64,000 nt of DNA, taken from positions 62,001 to 126,000 of the forward strand of contig JAAILG010000119.1 in the NCBI GenBank assembly GCA_012026655.1, given 5' to 3'. Of the stretch, positions 9,323 through 22,817 are shown piece by piece. The notes beneath the pieces were generated by a model. That model made no database searches, was not told where the DNA came from, and saw only the letters and a list, made by a program, of their open reading frames with translations. Position numbers and translations under genes: made by a program. Each line of letters begins with the position of its first letter. Within the stretch, counting starts at the first letter, position 1. This DNA is from Hydrolagus affinis. Its lineage: Eukaryota.

Positions 9323-10944
9323 GTGAGTGTGGGAGGGGGGTGGGGGGCACAATGCCCGGATGCGCCGATTGTGCGCTCAGCGCCTCGCTCGCCGACTAGC
9401 GCCACTGCATCGTCGTTGTTGGGGGGGGGGGCGGGCGGGCGAGTGGGAATTGTCGCCGCTGCGCCGCCGCCGTCGGAATGGGAACAGACGGGTAGGTACC
9501 GGGGGCCCAGCAGGGGTGTAGTGTAAGCCGGTGGGTGGGGGGGACGGGACATGAGGGTCACACACAAACACAGCCCTCCTCTGCCTCGCTCCACCTCCCC
9601 TCATACGGTCGCCGGTCAATTCCCGGCCTTTAATGGCGGCTGTTGGCGGGTACCGCGCGGTAAATGGTCATATTTAACCCCCCTCTCCCCCCCGCCTCTC
9701 ACTCCCGCGGGTGTTTATTTTTAATTTTAAAATCCAGAGACGAATTTAAAAAAAAACCTCCACAATTTGTTTTTAAAAAAACGAAGATGTCCGCCCGCTG
9801 CTCTCTGCTTTGCAGCGTGTAGGCCTCGCCGAGCCGGCTCCTCTCACCTCACCCTCCCCTCCCCACTGACTGGAGGCGTGTGTGTGTGTTTGGCTTTGTT
9901 TTCTCTTTTTGCCGTTTTTTTTTGCTGCAGATTTTTTTTTTAAAAACTCTGGAGCAAAAATGGAAAGCTGGTTGAACCCCAGCAGACGGAGGGGAGGGAA
10001 AGGAAAGGAAAAGAGGGAGAGGCACCTGGCTGTGTGAGCTTTGTCGAGACTTGAGGAGGAGGCTCCTTCCACTTTGCTTTTTTTTGAATGAATGGTTTCA
10101 GACTCTTACAACTACTGTACTACACACGTCGCTCGTCAATTGAAAGGCGGATTTGCATTGGAAAGACACGGCGGGTTTATAGTTTATGTTGTTCAGAAAT
10201 CGGCGTGATTTTTTTTGGGGGGAGCTGTATTGTGTTTTGAGAAGCAGCGTGTTTGTTTTGAATCAGGTTGAAACATCTTAAATGTTTATCCTGCTGGCTT
10301 TTCATTCAAAGGGTGTGAAATCTAACGCCCATGTGCATTGAGATACAACTAACCTGTAGTTTATTTTGTCTCGTTAATTTGTTTTTGTATGTTGTTTCAC
10401 TTGCCAAGAATGGAGAGTACAAGGGAGGGGTAAACAACACAGTTGGTTGGTAGTGAGGAATACCTTTTTAGTCCTATTATTTTGTTGGTTTGTGTACTGG
10501 AAAATCAGACCTTGTTAATTTGCTTTGATGTTTGTGTCAGTTTTGAAGATTTAGAAGAACAACAACAAAACGACATTGATAGAGCGCCTTTTCACGTCGG
10601 GAAGAGGTCCCAAGTAGCCCGGCTTGTGTGAGCCAGCAGTGTGAAGCATGCATTTTGAGACATAAATTGTAAATGCAAATGCAATCTAAACTATTTGTAG
10701 CTTTTGAAATGGTACCCGATGAGTTGATTTGGTTTTTGATTTGCCCTGGCTGGAATTAGAATTTGGATGTACCAGACTTAATGAGTGTCTTTATTCATTT
10801 TATAATGAATTGGGGATGAACAAGAAAGAAGCCAATAAAAGTCATCCTTGAATTTGATGTATTGCCATATCGCGGTGTTGAGACATGTATTATGTGGTAT
10901 TTCTACACGATTGAGATTTTGATTTTGATGCATGTTCAATAAGT

Positions 10945-11420
10945 ATACAACAACAAATTACACTTGTATAGCTTCCTGAACTCCTTTCATTTCAGAAAGA
11001 CATCCCAGGGCACTGGACACTCAGGGATTTTTGCATCTGAGCTGTGAGTTGGGGGGGTCAGGAGGGGTGGAGGTGGGATGGTGGCTGAAAACAAGGTAGA
11101 AGATGAAGGCCTTTAGACGGACTTGAAAGAGGCAAGAGATGGGGTGAGGCGGAGGTATTGCGATTAGAGTTCCAGAGTGTGGTGGCAAAAATGCTGAATG
11201 CCCGACTGCCAATGGTGGGGCGGAAAGTATGGGGAACCTGAAAGCAGGCCAGTGATTGCTGAGCAGAGGGAGTGGATAGCCTGACATTGGGTTAGGAAGT
11301 CGGAGAGGTGGGAGGAGCAAGACCGCTGAGAGCTTTAATGGTGAGAACAAGATTTTTCTAAGGTATAGAGAGCCAATGAAGCCAGGCAAAAATGGGGGTG
11401 ATTGTTCACAGAGCCTGATT
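10945..11420 (-). mobile_element. Degenerate L2 3' fragment
   Basis: (caa)n tail; ORF remnants PGFIGSL / FQVRLKAFIF resemble the L2 C-terminus. Confidence 0.6.
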
Positions 11421-12251
11421 CGGGAGAGGAGAGAACATGCACTTTGTTACAATGACTGTCCAGCACTTTGGGATGTCCTCCTGGCGTGAAAGGCCTTACA
11501 CAAGTTTTAATTTTGTTGTTGTTTAGTTCACTCTGCAGTTTAGTTGTATTAAGACAAAGCTTTTTCAATAATTCAACTGTCTTAAAGAGCTATGATGTTT
11601 GTATAAAATGTGTCAATGTTTGAAATGTCAGTGTTCAGAAACAGGAATTGGGTGGAAATAAAATTTTGATTTGATCTTCTGAGGTTTTTGGCTTTAGGAA
11701 AATAGTCCTGAGACAAAATTGTTACAGGGAGAACTTTCATTTGGATGGTAGGCATGTGAAAGGAAAGCAAGCACAGTTATTGGAGAACAAAGAAAGACTG
11801 GTAGCTCTAGCCCAGCTAAAGTATAGAAGCAGATATTGGCAGTTGTGTGGAGCAAATATTGGTGAACAGCATGAGGAAGCGGGATCTTTTTCCATAACTG
11901 CACAAGAGAAAGGTGTTTCTTCCTTTGTACTGACTAACAATCCCCCAGGCAAAGCAGTCCTCCTTTCCAAGGGGCTTAACATTTTATTATGAGGATTTGT
12001 TGATCATTTCGGGACAATGTGAGTTACATTAGCCTTTCTTAGTATAGTACTCTTGTATTTCTCTTTCAGTGCTGAATTTCCCCCATCCTGAACTCCTACA
12101 TACTGATCTGGCAAATACTTGTGTCTAATATGTGGATTACAATACAACATTACATTTGTATAGCGCCTTTCACATTGGGAGCATGTCCTGTGCATGCTGA
12201 CATCTAAATGTTACCGTGCAGATGCAGCCAGTTGTTTTGTAGATGACAGAC

Positions 12252-12680
12252 TGGCTTAATTGGTAGCCTTGTGCCTCTTAAGTCAGAAAATATTTGGATT
12301 CGAGCCACTCACTGGGAATTTGAATTCTGTCTAGGCTGACTTTCCTGTGTAGTACTGGGGGAGTACTGGATTATTGGAGGTCCCTTCAGATGGAGCACTA
12401 AACCGAGATCCTGTCTACCGTTTCAGTTAAACGTTAATTTGTTTTTGCGTGGGAGCATTGCGAATCATCTTCCCGTTTGCAACATTAAAGATGCCGTGGC
12501 AGTATTTGAGAAGAAAGTTTCTCCTTGTGCCTTTATCACCAATTACCTAGAAAAAAATTGGTGATTCACTTTATGGCTTGTTGAACATTGCAGGCAATTT
12601 CGACTGGAAAATACTTTTTGAAGTAAATCCTTTTGAAGCTGTTTGAGATACACTTCTAACATGAAATACATTATATCAAA
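12252..12680 (+). mobile_element. Old DeuSINE-like (SacSINE1/AmnSINE1-type) element
   Basis: tRNA-like head, then ctaggctgac...gtactgggggagtact...cagatggagcactaaaccgag...aagatgccgtggcagtatttgagaag; family name from recall. Confidence 0.55.
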
Positions 12681-12861
12681 TGCAAAGGTTATTAAATGCA
12701 TTTTTTTTCCAGTATTTTCACTGAGTTTTAATTCCAAAGACTGATGGGTTGAGGCTCTGCTGATGGTTTTAATGTGTAAAGTTATTGTCCAGTGTAATAT
12801 TTCACAGGAATGTTTGATTCCCAGATCAGTGTGGAATCGGCTATTCTGTCGAGTCTAGTAG

Positions 12862-13220
12862 TATATTAGTTACAGCACTTGTCTTACAAGCAAGAGACCC
12901 AGGTTAAATTCCCAGACAACACAAAACCTTAGGCACATTTCCTTAGTCCACACTTCGGTTTACCCAGCAATATATAGAAACACGGTTGTTAGTCAATTGG
13001 AGGATCACTTCCTGGGAGCAAAAATGCCATCCCTAAAAATAAGAATAATTTGGTCATCAATGCGCAACTATTTGTGGGACAATGCTGTGTGCAATTGGCT
13101 GCCATGTTTCGGCTGAAAAATATAGTCGATTCACTTTACAGTATATTCTATGAAGTACTTTGAGACATCTCAACAACATGATAAGGCGCTATAAATCAAG
13201 TGCAAGAATTATTATTATTA
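12862..13220 (+). mobile_element. tRNA-derived SINE, full length
   Basis: Head, central domain and (tta)n tail match the other copies. Confidence 0.85.
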
Positions 13221-14549
13221 AGGATTAGTAAAGTGGGAAAGAATTCTGGTCCTACAAAAGAACTTGCATTTGTATAGTATCTATCATGTCGATACATTGT
13301 GACTGTTTTTGTAGGTAAAATAGAACTGTTAATTGAACCAACAATGTCCGCAATACAATCATGAGGTGATTGACTGAATCTGGAGAATTCTTTGCCAGGA
13401 TATGGGAGAAAACTTTTCTTTTCAAGAAGTACCTTGGGATGTCCTCCTGATATGAAAGGCACTGAGGGGCATATATGAGTTTAGACTAATACTATGAGTT
13501 TATTGTATGTAAAGTGGGAAAGAATTCTTGTTTTCTTGTTCCTACAAAAGGCCCTAGGTACAAATATAATTTTTTGAATTTTCGTTTGTCTACCCTTTTT
13601 TTCCCCAAAGGTATCCTGGTAGCTCACTGGATGTGGAACCAAAAGTCTGGATATGAATTTCCGTGACTCTCCTGACTGAACCTTTTACTTTTTTTTGAGG
13701 AAGAACCTTTGAGGTAGATAATGAACACCAAGTTTAAATTTGAGCTCTTGGAAGAGAGATAGAAAATATCCGGGAATCTCGCTGAGTGAAACTTTTAGAT
13801 GAAATAAGGCAGATCCATACTAATGAAAGTAATAGTGGGCGGTTAGTCCACAGTTATCCGGCTGGCCTATTAGTCAGTCCTATTTGTCATTTACTTGTAG
13901 ACATTTTGCAAACCTGTGAGCCAAAGGCTCGACAGGTAGAGGTGACATAGCATGCTCAGTTTCATTTTTACCAGTGCCTAGGAAACTGTTTTGGGGAATT
14001 TTGATTCACCATTTTGCAATTCTTAGAAATCAAGAGATTACCTATATTTGCAATCCGGGAATCGTAATTAACACAACAGTTTGTTTTTTGAATATTGTAA
14101 CTTAGACTCCATTATGTTAATTAATGTGGTATTTTCTCTGGAAACACTTGTTTGCCGACCAAGTGCATCCACATTGATTAAGACTGCCACAAGATTGCTG
14201 ATTTAAAAGAATAGCGCATTTGTGTAAAGTTCATTACCAACCTTTTATTTAAAAAAAAGTGTTTTCTCTTGCATTGAACTCTCTGCTGGAAGAGATATAA
14301 AAAAAAGTTGAATGACAGTACTTTGACATTGGGTAGCAAGTGTGAGGTACTGGGTTCCCTATGGGATTCGTTAGTTCAAAAGAACGTTCATGGTTTTTGC
14401 AGGAGACTTAATGTAGAGAATACGTGAGTGCGAAGTATATTACTGTATCAAGCTCTTGTCAGTTTATAAAGGGAAGCTGCACTATTTGATACCTAATGGA
14501 TTTTCAAAATGTAACATTTTTGTTTGGGTTTTTCTTGCAGGAATGAATA

Positions 14550-14808
14550 ATGACCATAGTTGATAAAGTTTCAGAGGCCTCAAACATTGCAACTTGCAAG
14601 AACCGGGCCTGCAGCTCTGTGGCACCTTTCTCTGAAGTAGTCAAAGAGAAGATCATGGAGGCTGGGTCAGCAGGCTGGGCTGCCACATCTCCTGTTACAG
14701 AAGTAACAAAGAATAAAATGTCTCTAGGACCCATACCTGGAGCAGCATTGTATGCCAGTGCAGTGTGTGCGCAAGATAAATCCAAGCAGCCAGCACAGAA
14801 AGATCAAA
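14550..14808 (+). CDS. USP42: USP42 exon 2 coding part (exon starts at 14541)
   Basis: ttgcag| acceptor; MTIVDKVSE...SLGPIPGAALY; A|gtgagt. Confidence 0.93.
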
Positions 14809-15846
14809 GTGAGTTTATTCTGCAATTTTCATTTTTTTAACTACATGTACAGCCACCACAGACTCGATGGGCCAAATAGCCTCCTTTTGTGCTGTAAAAT
14901 TCTATGATTTTTTTTTTAGCACTGATAAAGGTACTTTAAATGTATCTCATTGTTAAATCTGCTGTATCCGATTGCATCACTTCACCAGAAGGCTGGGTGG
15001 ACATCTGGTGTGTGCTCTGGACTAATTTGTGGGTTGAATTGGGGATCCCAATTTTCTTTCTCAGTTTACCAACTTCTTTAGCCAAGAAATTGGACTGCTT
15101 TCAATGCCTCTGGCAATATATTGTCGAGTCAGGCACTAGGGGACACAAATATTAGTTTGTTTGATGTGGTGTAAAGGAGGGTCAGTATTAGAGAGATGAA
15201 TTATGAGAAATGGCAAAGCTATTTAGCCTTAAAAAAGGATCTTCTCAGAGGCAATGTTACTGAGTTGCTAGAATATGAATGGGATTGAGAAAGTATTTCC
15301 TGGATGACTGAAATGTCTTCATCTGTATCTCTCTGTCTTCTGAAGTTATCTAATGTAATGTTGTAATGTAATTTCGGTTGTAGATTTTGCTTTTTCTTCT
15401 TCCTCTCTCCCCCTTTCAGCTTGTTGGACCACACATACATAGCCTTTGCTGAGGATCCCAGTCCAGTGCAACACCAAACAATTGATTGAAGATTAGTTAC
15501 GGTCACAAGTTTCATTACTTTAAAAGTATAAGTGCAGGTAGCACTGCTGATCAATCTGCACTCAGAAGAGGAACCTAGGTTGGCATTTCAAGCATCTTCT
15601 TCTTTTGAGTGCCGAATGACCCATTTGTATTTTTAGCTTGTGTTTCCAGATTTCTATCATCTCCAGTTTTCTTGTTAGCATGTGTGACAAATCTTGAGTA
15701 TTTAGTTGAGGATAGTTATCTGTTACCAATGCCAATCTAACCTAGGATTCCAGATGCACCAATTTATAATGCTCTGCAGTCATTATCACACATCAGTACT
15801 TTTTTTAAAAAAAACATTGTTCCATGCATGTTTTTGTCTGTTTCAG

Positions 15847-16056
15847 GTGTAATGGGCATTGGTGATGGAATTGCACCCCCACAGAAAATACTATTTCCAG
15901 CAGAGAAAATATCCTTGAAGTGGCAGCAAATGCACAAAATAGGAGCTGGCCTCCAAAACCTGGGCAACACCTGCTTCCTAAACTCCGCACTACAGTGTTT
16001 GACCTACACGCCACCTCTTGCAAACTACATGCTATCTCGCGAACATTCAAGATCAT
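15847..16056 (+). CDS. USP42: USP42 exon 3 (Cys box)
   Basis: ttcag|GT...T|gtatgt, 210 bp. Confidence 0.95.
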
Positions 16057-17526
16057 GTATGTATCTACCCTATTTGATTACTGTGTATTTCATTCCCACA
16101 GTAAGAAAAGCACGATTGTAAATCATGCCTTCAGATTCATATGCATTGGAATTCAGCATTCCTTAGATAAAGAAAATAGTTTGAGTGTAACTGTCATGGC
16201 TGGAGAGTAATATGAATATTCTCATCCTGTGGATTGCTGGAAACGTCATATATGGCCCAACTGCTAGTTCTCTGTCTGTCTCTCCCTTTCACCCCATACC
16301 TCGCTGGTTTAAAGACGGGCAGGTACATGTCCCCATTCTAGTAAGTTCTCTCCCCGAAGTTTACTGTCAATCTCCTACAAAAGGACCGTCAGGTGAAAGG
16401 AGCAGATATATACTTTTTCAGAGAATTCAGGCGAATAATTATGGATACTGTTCCATTAGACCGGTAGCTTCCAAACTGTGGGGCGCGGAGCGTTAACAAT
16501 GTAACAATGAACTTCTAAAAGGAAAACAAAAACCAATACACCTTAAAAACCCCCAAAAAAAACCAGTGATTAAAAGCTCTTTTTTTTTGTAAACAAATAC
16601 ATTATTTTTAAAAAGTTTTGAAATATATGAATAAACACTAGGCCGCATATAGCTAGTTTATAGAACAAACCTTCCTCATATATTTATCCCTTTGGGTGTA
16701 AATAATGAGTGTAATCGTTTGTCTTCAGAATTGTGTAACTATCCGCATGTTCTTGTGCTTAAGAGGAAATAACAGCAGTAAGTCCTCATTCTCTCCCTCC
16801 TTCAGTTAATGGAGATAAATTATTAAATATATAGGAGAAAGCTAGTTTTCTTTCCTTGCTGGAGACCTACTGACTGCTCCAAAAACAAGAATTTAGATGA
16901 TCAGTTAACAGAAATCATTCTCATCCCTTTAGGAATCCATCCTGGTGCTATGTGGACTGGGAAATGTACATAGATATCTACAATATTTGATTTCAGATCA
17001 TCTGGAGCAACTTTTTATTCTAGTGAATATCCAGCAACTTATGTTTGAAGTAATTTTTTTCCACCACTTGAAAAACAGAAGGAGAAATATTTTAGCTTTT
17101 CATCTTTATGAGCAGGGTGTTTAAAGTTGTAATTGCTTTGTAACCTAAACACAGAATATTTCCCATTTGTACACTCTTGTTAGTGCACTTAAAGTTTTAA
17201 TATTTGATGCCGCTTCAGGCATTTTACCATGCCTGGATAGATTTGTTGCCCTTTCCTTTTTCCCACCTTTTATGTGCGAAGAATTGTTCCTACTCTGATC
17301 CATGATTAACCTGAGGAAAGAGAGTGATTTAATTGCTGATTCTTGCCAAAGGATCACCCTAGATTACTGAAATAAAGTAATTGAGCACAGAGTACAGATT
17401 GGGCTTTTAGTTTGCTTTATGACTTTAATAATTTTTTCAGAGAAAGTATAATAATATAAATACCTGTATTGATTTTGGTCATGAGTTAAGATCTAATTTT
17501 CACATGATTGTCCTTTGCCTTTCCAG

Positions 17527-17637
17527 GTAATGAGCAAGGTTTCTGTATGATGTGTACGATGCAGACTCACATTACCCAAGTCTTTTCCAGCTCTGGAAAT
17601 GTCATCAAACCTATGGCCGTTATTAATGACCTCCGAC
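17527..17637 (+). CDS. USP42: USP42 exon 4 ([12 protein letters not shown])
   Basis: ccag|GT...C|gtaagc, 111 bp. Confidence 0.95.
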
Positions 17638-19952
17638 GTAAGCAGAACCTTTCTTCCCTTTTGTTGATTTATTATATGTTCATGTATCATTTGAGACTCC
17701 ACTTGATTTGGGAAACAGGTGAGCCTACGAGTGTGTTGCTTCTAGTTTATACGTTTGGCAAAACAATACAATACTAATTTGGGCTTCATCGCCCATCCCA
17801 AAATAACGAGCAGGATCCAGGGATGATGGGGAGGATTTTGTTATGAGGTGTTCAACTAGCTTGTCCTTTTCAAGATCCCATTAGATTCAACAACAACAAC
17901 AAAATTACTTTCACCGTTCATATTGAAAAATACTGTAGCTTGCTTACTATGATTTTAGAAACATGTGTGTTTGAAAATCTGTTTAGTAACTTGAAACATG
18001 ATCAGTTCTCTTCAGGTATGTAATTCAGTTTGCAGTAAGTGAAATCGATGCACCAACTGCTTGTATTTATGTATCTATGTATGGGTTTGTGACCTCAGTA
18101 AGTTAGATGATATATTTTTCAAAAACGTCTGAGGGACTTTCCCACCATAGGCTGGCTGGCCTTTTTTAAAGTAAGGGAACTTTCCATTTGTGTGAGATTA
18201 TGTATCTGATAGCTAAATTGTATAAATATAGACCACACCTAAAATGCTAAGTAGGCAGTGGACATATTAAAACCAAGAAAATATTTTATGTTTCTCTTAA
18301 TTTTGCTAACCCTAAATTGTTAGTTACATTTAAATGACTATGTCTTCTGATACTTGACATTTAAAACCTTTGCTATTTCATTTTATGGTTGGATATGGAT
18401 TTATTTTGTGACATAAAAGCATATATCACTTACATGCAGAATTTCCTAGCAATTTGATAGCTGTGTTGGTTTTACTCGCTGAAATATATTTTCATTTACG
18501 TACTCTTTCATAATAGAATCAATAATAATCCTTGCATTTGAGATAGCACTTTTCATGTCTTCTAGACGTCTCAATGCGCTTCACAGAATATACCGTAAAG
18601 TGAATTGACTGGATAGTTGTGCGAATGAAATCAATATTGAATAAATGCTTCAGGGTTTGGATTTCATAGCGGAGTGTTGTGTGGAAAGTTCCACTTATGT
18701 GTTAAAATCACTGATTGTGTTACCGGGGATATCTAAGTACTGTATGTGGAACGGTTTAAAGTGCTCTGAGACGCCGTCCGGCGTGGAGGGCGCTATGTAA
18801 ATCAAAGTTGTTGTTGTTGTTTAATATTTGGAAGTGTCGCGCTTGTGCGAACTCCGAGCTTGGTTCCCAGTGAATTCCAATGGCACCTGGCTGCCGATTG
18901 ACCTCCGCTTGTGGTGGAATGGCTGTTGTTGGCAATAATGGGGACCAGTAAAACTGAGTCCCAGCATTATATTCTACCATCTGTTGACATGTGACATGCT
19001 GCCACAACAACAACATTACATTGTATGGCACTTTCATGTTGGGAGTGCGTCCCAAGGCGCTGGACAGAACCGTGCTGGGGGTAGGGATTGGGAAGGGTGG
19101 AGGGGTGGGGAAGGAGGTTAATCGAAAGCACGGTCGAAGAGGAGGTGCATCTTAAATCTGGTTTGGTTCAATTGAGTTAACTCATTTGTCAGACCCGGTT
19201 TCAATTTCCATTGAATTTGGTAACTGGAAAGGTTGTTTCATAGTGGAAAATGTCAAAATTGACTTGTTCAGGATACAGGAAAGCTCTCATATAATTTATT
19301 AAAGAAACATTGATTTCAAAAGAATTCTGATTATGCAACCAACAACGAGACGTCAGGTTCTGTTCCCCCTCTGCTGACTGAAAATCTATAGGAAATGGCA
19401 GTGGTAATTTCAGACCTCTAGGATCATGGTGGTTTGTGGTGGTTCCTACTGTCTGCTTTGAGGATGAAAATGGGATTCTAGAGGAATTTCCTCTTGAATT
19501 TTACATTCAACCCATGTCTGTATATTCTATTCTCTTGGGGTTCATTTATTTGTGTTTAATTAATTTATTGATGTATTTCCTGTAAGAGCTGTTGATTGAA
19601 TGTAAATTCAATCCAAGGTGAGCTGAATATAAATTTTGATAGGGGAAATTAGCAGTGTATTTTGAATCCAGTTTGAAGTTGCAATGTATACTTGTACATA
19701 TGTTGCCATTTTCAGTGTTTTGTATTAGAGATTTACAGTTGTGAAAGTAAAGGCAATTGACGGGTAATTGATGCTTTGAGACTCCAGTAATTTTAAGAAA
19801 ATTAAGGGCAATATGCAATCTGTTAAAGCAGGAGAGTAAGCTACTAAGAAGAATTTTTAAAAAAAATTAATCCACTTCACAATATAGTGCGTTCCTTGAC
19901 AATCTCGACAACCTGATAAGACATCTCAACACATAAGACATCCTCTCTATCT

Positions 19953-21110
19953 GTGACCAGGGCTCCATCTGCCTCCTGGACCTCTCCACCGCCTTCTACA
20001 CAGTTGATCATGACATCCACCTACATCGCTTGTGCTCGTCATCCACACTCCTTTGGTTTGAGTCCTACCTCACAAATCGCCAGCAGTACATCTCTGCAAA
20101 TGGCTTTTCCTCTCACTTTCACCCGGTCACCTGCGGGGTACCCCAAGGATCCATCCTTGGCCCCCTTCTCTTCCTTATCTATATGCTCCCTCTTGGTGAT
20201 GTCATCCACAGAAATGGGGTAAACTTCCATATGTTTGTGAATGATACCCAACTCTACCTTTCCACCTCAAATTGCAATCCCCAGTCCCTGATTTTCTGTC
20301 AGCCTGTCTGTCAGATATCAAAAGCTGGATGAGCGTAAACTTCCTGCAGCTAAACATTGACAAGACAGAAGCTATGCTCGTTGGCTCTGGTCATCGTCTT
20401 CAATCCCCGCGGCTCTTACCTTCTCCACCTACCCGATCTGCCCCCAAAACTCTTCGAAACTGTACAAAACCTAGGCATCATGTTCGACCCCCAATTATTC
20501 TTCCTACTCCACATCTGATTCCCCACCAGCTCCGCCTTCTTCCATCAGTGCTTCATTGCCTATCTCCACCAATATCTCACCCCAAAAGCTGCCGAAACCC
20601 TGACCCATGCCTTTGTCACATCTTGGCTGGATAACTCCTCGTCGGTCTCATTCACAAAATCCAGCTCATACAGAACCCCACCGCCCACATTCTCACCCGA
20701 ACAAAACTTTGCTCCCCGATTACCCCAGTCCTCACCAGGCTTCATTGGTTCCCTGTCACAGGGTGGATTGACTTCAAGATCTTCAATCTTGTGTTTAAAT
20801 CCCTCCACTCCTCTGTACCCCCCTACCTCTAACTTCACAGCAGTACTTGCTGTCTCCGCTCTACTGGGTCCGGCCTCCTCCTTGTCCGCCAAATTCTTTA
20901 GCCACTACACCCCAAAACTCTGGAACGCCCTCCCTCAATCCCTTCGCCTCACCCCCTCCTTTTCCATTTTCAGGCCGTGTCTGCTGTTCAACCATGCCTA
21001 CAGTCACCTTCCCCCATCCCTGTTTCGGCCCCGGGCTCTGCGATTGTGAAGCGCTCTGAGACAATGTCTGGCGTGGAGAGCGCTATATAAATGCAAGTTC
21101 TTGTTGTAGA
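19953..21110 (+). mobile_element. 5'-truncated L2 LINE (RT pseudogene)
   Basis: WFESYLTNRQQ, GVPQGSILGPLLF, FVNDTQLY (degenerate YADD), WMSVNFLQLN; frameshifted; L2 tail. Confidence 0.92.
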
Positions 21111-21202
21111 CGGTATAGAAATTCCAATGATTATTAATATTACATTGATTTATAATTACATTATGGTGTTACATTATCTCAATTGATTTTCTATACTTTT
21201 AG

Positions 21203-21305
21203 GAATAGCAAAACATTTTCGATTTGGAAACCAGGAAGATGCCCATGAATTTCTGCGCTACACTGTTGATGCTCTCCAAAAAGCCTGCTTGAATGGAAGC
21301 AACAA
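21203..21305 (+). CDS. USP42: USP42 exon 5 ([16 protein letters not shown])
   Basis: ttag|GA...AA|gtaagt, 103 bp. Confidence 0.95.
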
Positions 21306-22127
21306 GTAAGTACAATTTTAAATAACAAGCTAATTAGCTAGACCAGCTTTTTTGAGCCACTTTTCACCCTCCTCTCCTAATCAATGATACAGCACAGAAG
21401 GAGGCCATTTGGCCCATCGTGTTTGTGCCGGCTCTTTAAAAAGAGCTGTCGAAATCAATCCCACTCCCCCCGATCTCTCCCCATACCCTGCAAACGTGAT
21501 CTCAGCTAAGATTTTTGTTTTGACTGTTTGTGTTTCCACCATCACTCGCTGGTGCCTAACTCAATTAGCTATTATTTATCCATGAGGCGTCAAAGTAAAT
21601 GTTGGTATGGCACTTGATTCGGGGTACAAGAGAGGAAAGAGGTCATAGTTGTATCCATTCTTATTAACATCCAGTGTTCATTCACTGGCAACTTTCATTG
21701 AGTAACCATTTTTTTTAAGCAGTGATGTCCTTGCACAAGCCTTCTTCTATGGAAATCCCCATGTCCCCAGAAAATCTTCAGGCCCAACCTCAAGGTGGGG
21801 AAAGAAGAGTAGAGGAAGAGTGTTCCGGAGTTGCTAGGCATAGTAGCTGAAAGGTGGAATGGAGGGCACGAGGGACATGCAGGAGGTGTGAGCCAGTTGA
21901 AAAGCAGTAGTGGGTAGTGGGTTTGGGAGTAAAAAGGTCAGAGAGGGAGGGAGGGAGGAAGGTGCCAGTGCATCAAGGGATTTGAAAACGGTCGCAAAAT
22001 CATATATAAACAATGTATTGTGCTACCAGTGAACCATTGTAGGCTTGATTCTGAAACTTTACAGATTAATAGTGAATCATTTTAAGTATGGAAAGTATAC
22101 AGAGTATTCTTGCTGATATTCCTACAG

Positions 22128-22195
22128 ATTAGATCGACAAACTCAAGCTACTACACTGATTTATCAGATTTTTGGAGGTTACCTGAGGTCAAGAG
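22128..22195 (+). CDS. USP42: USP42 exon 6 (LDRQTQATTLIYQIFGGYLRSR)
   Basis: acag|A...G|gtatgt, 68 bp. Confidence 0.95.
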
Positions 22196-22421
22196 GTATG
22201 TTGTTTTTTTTAAAAGCGAGGATAGTTTTAAGATCACTTATGATTCATCAAATTAATTAAAATTGCTTTTGTTTATGAGACAGCTGAGTAACTTAATTTA
22301 GAAGTTATAATTTTGGAATTCTAAACCTTATTGGTTTTTAATAGGTTGGAAATAAAATGCTTTGATACTAACTGTAAAGATTAATAAAACATTGTCTGAT
22401 GCAATTTGTTTTCCATTTTAG

Positions 22422-22492
22422 TAAAATGTTTGAACTGCAAGGGAGTTTCTGACACATATGACCCATATCTGGATATTGCCCTGGAAATAAAG
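22422..22492 (+). CDS. USP42: USP42 exon 7 ([24 protein letters not shown])
   Basis: ttag|TA...AAG|gtacat, 71 bp. Confidence 0.95.
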
Positions 22493-22502
22493 GTACATGA
22501 GT

Positions 22503-22768
22503 AATAATAATCCTTGCATTTGACGTCTTCACAGAATATATTCTACAGTTAATTGATTATTTTTGGGCAAAACATGGCAACAATTGTGTGCAACAATTTA
22601 TCACAAACACAGTCGTGGATTGAAGTGACTAATTTATTATTTTTCCTTGGGGGATTATTATCAGGTGTATGGAGTAAGGAAACTTGCCCAATGGTTTGCC
22701 CTGCCAGGAATCAAACCCAGGTCTCTCCCTTGCGAGGCAAGTGCTCTAAACATTGAGCTACAGGACTC
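22503..22768 (-). mobile_element. tRNA-derived SINE
   Basis: Reverse complement of the family consensus; starts 10 nt after the exon 7 donor. Confidence 0.85.
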
Positions 22769-22817
22769 TGGTCTTTGCTAGCCAAATTCAGTTAACCTGG
22801 TATTTATGTTCATATAA

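Larger units (their letters stand above)
8200..10200. promoter_or_regulatory. CpG island / bidirectional promoter of EIF2AK1 and USP42
   Basis: GC- and CpG-rich island in an AT-rich window; G/C runs and GC boxes (GGGCGG); lies between divergent genes. Confidence 0.85.

Noticed and set aside
8750-9619. Several 100-200 aa ORFs in the CpG island
   Set aside because: Stop-poor GC-rich promoter sequence; low-complexity translations with no recognisable domain.
13590-13716. Possible USP42 5'UTR cassette exon or recursive site (ccccaaag|gtatcc)
   Set aside because: AAG acceptor and weak donors; expected by chance in a 5-kb intron.
16462-16800. Possible hAT/Charlie terminus (cttccaaactgtggggcgcg)
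   Set aside because: No partner TIR, TSD or readable transposase found; too weak to call.
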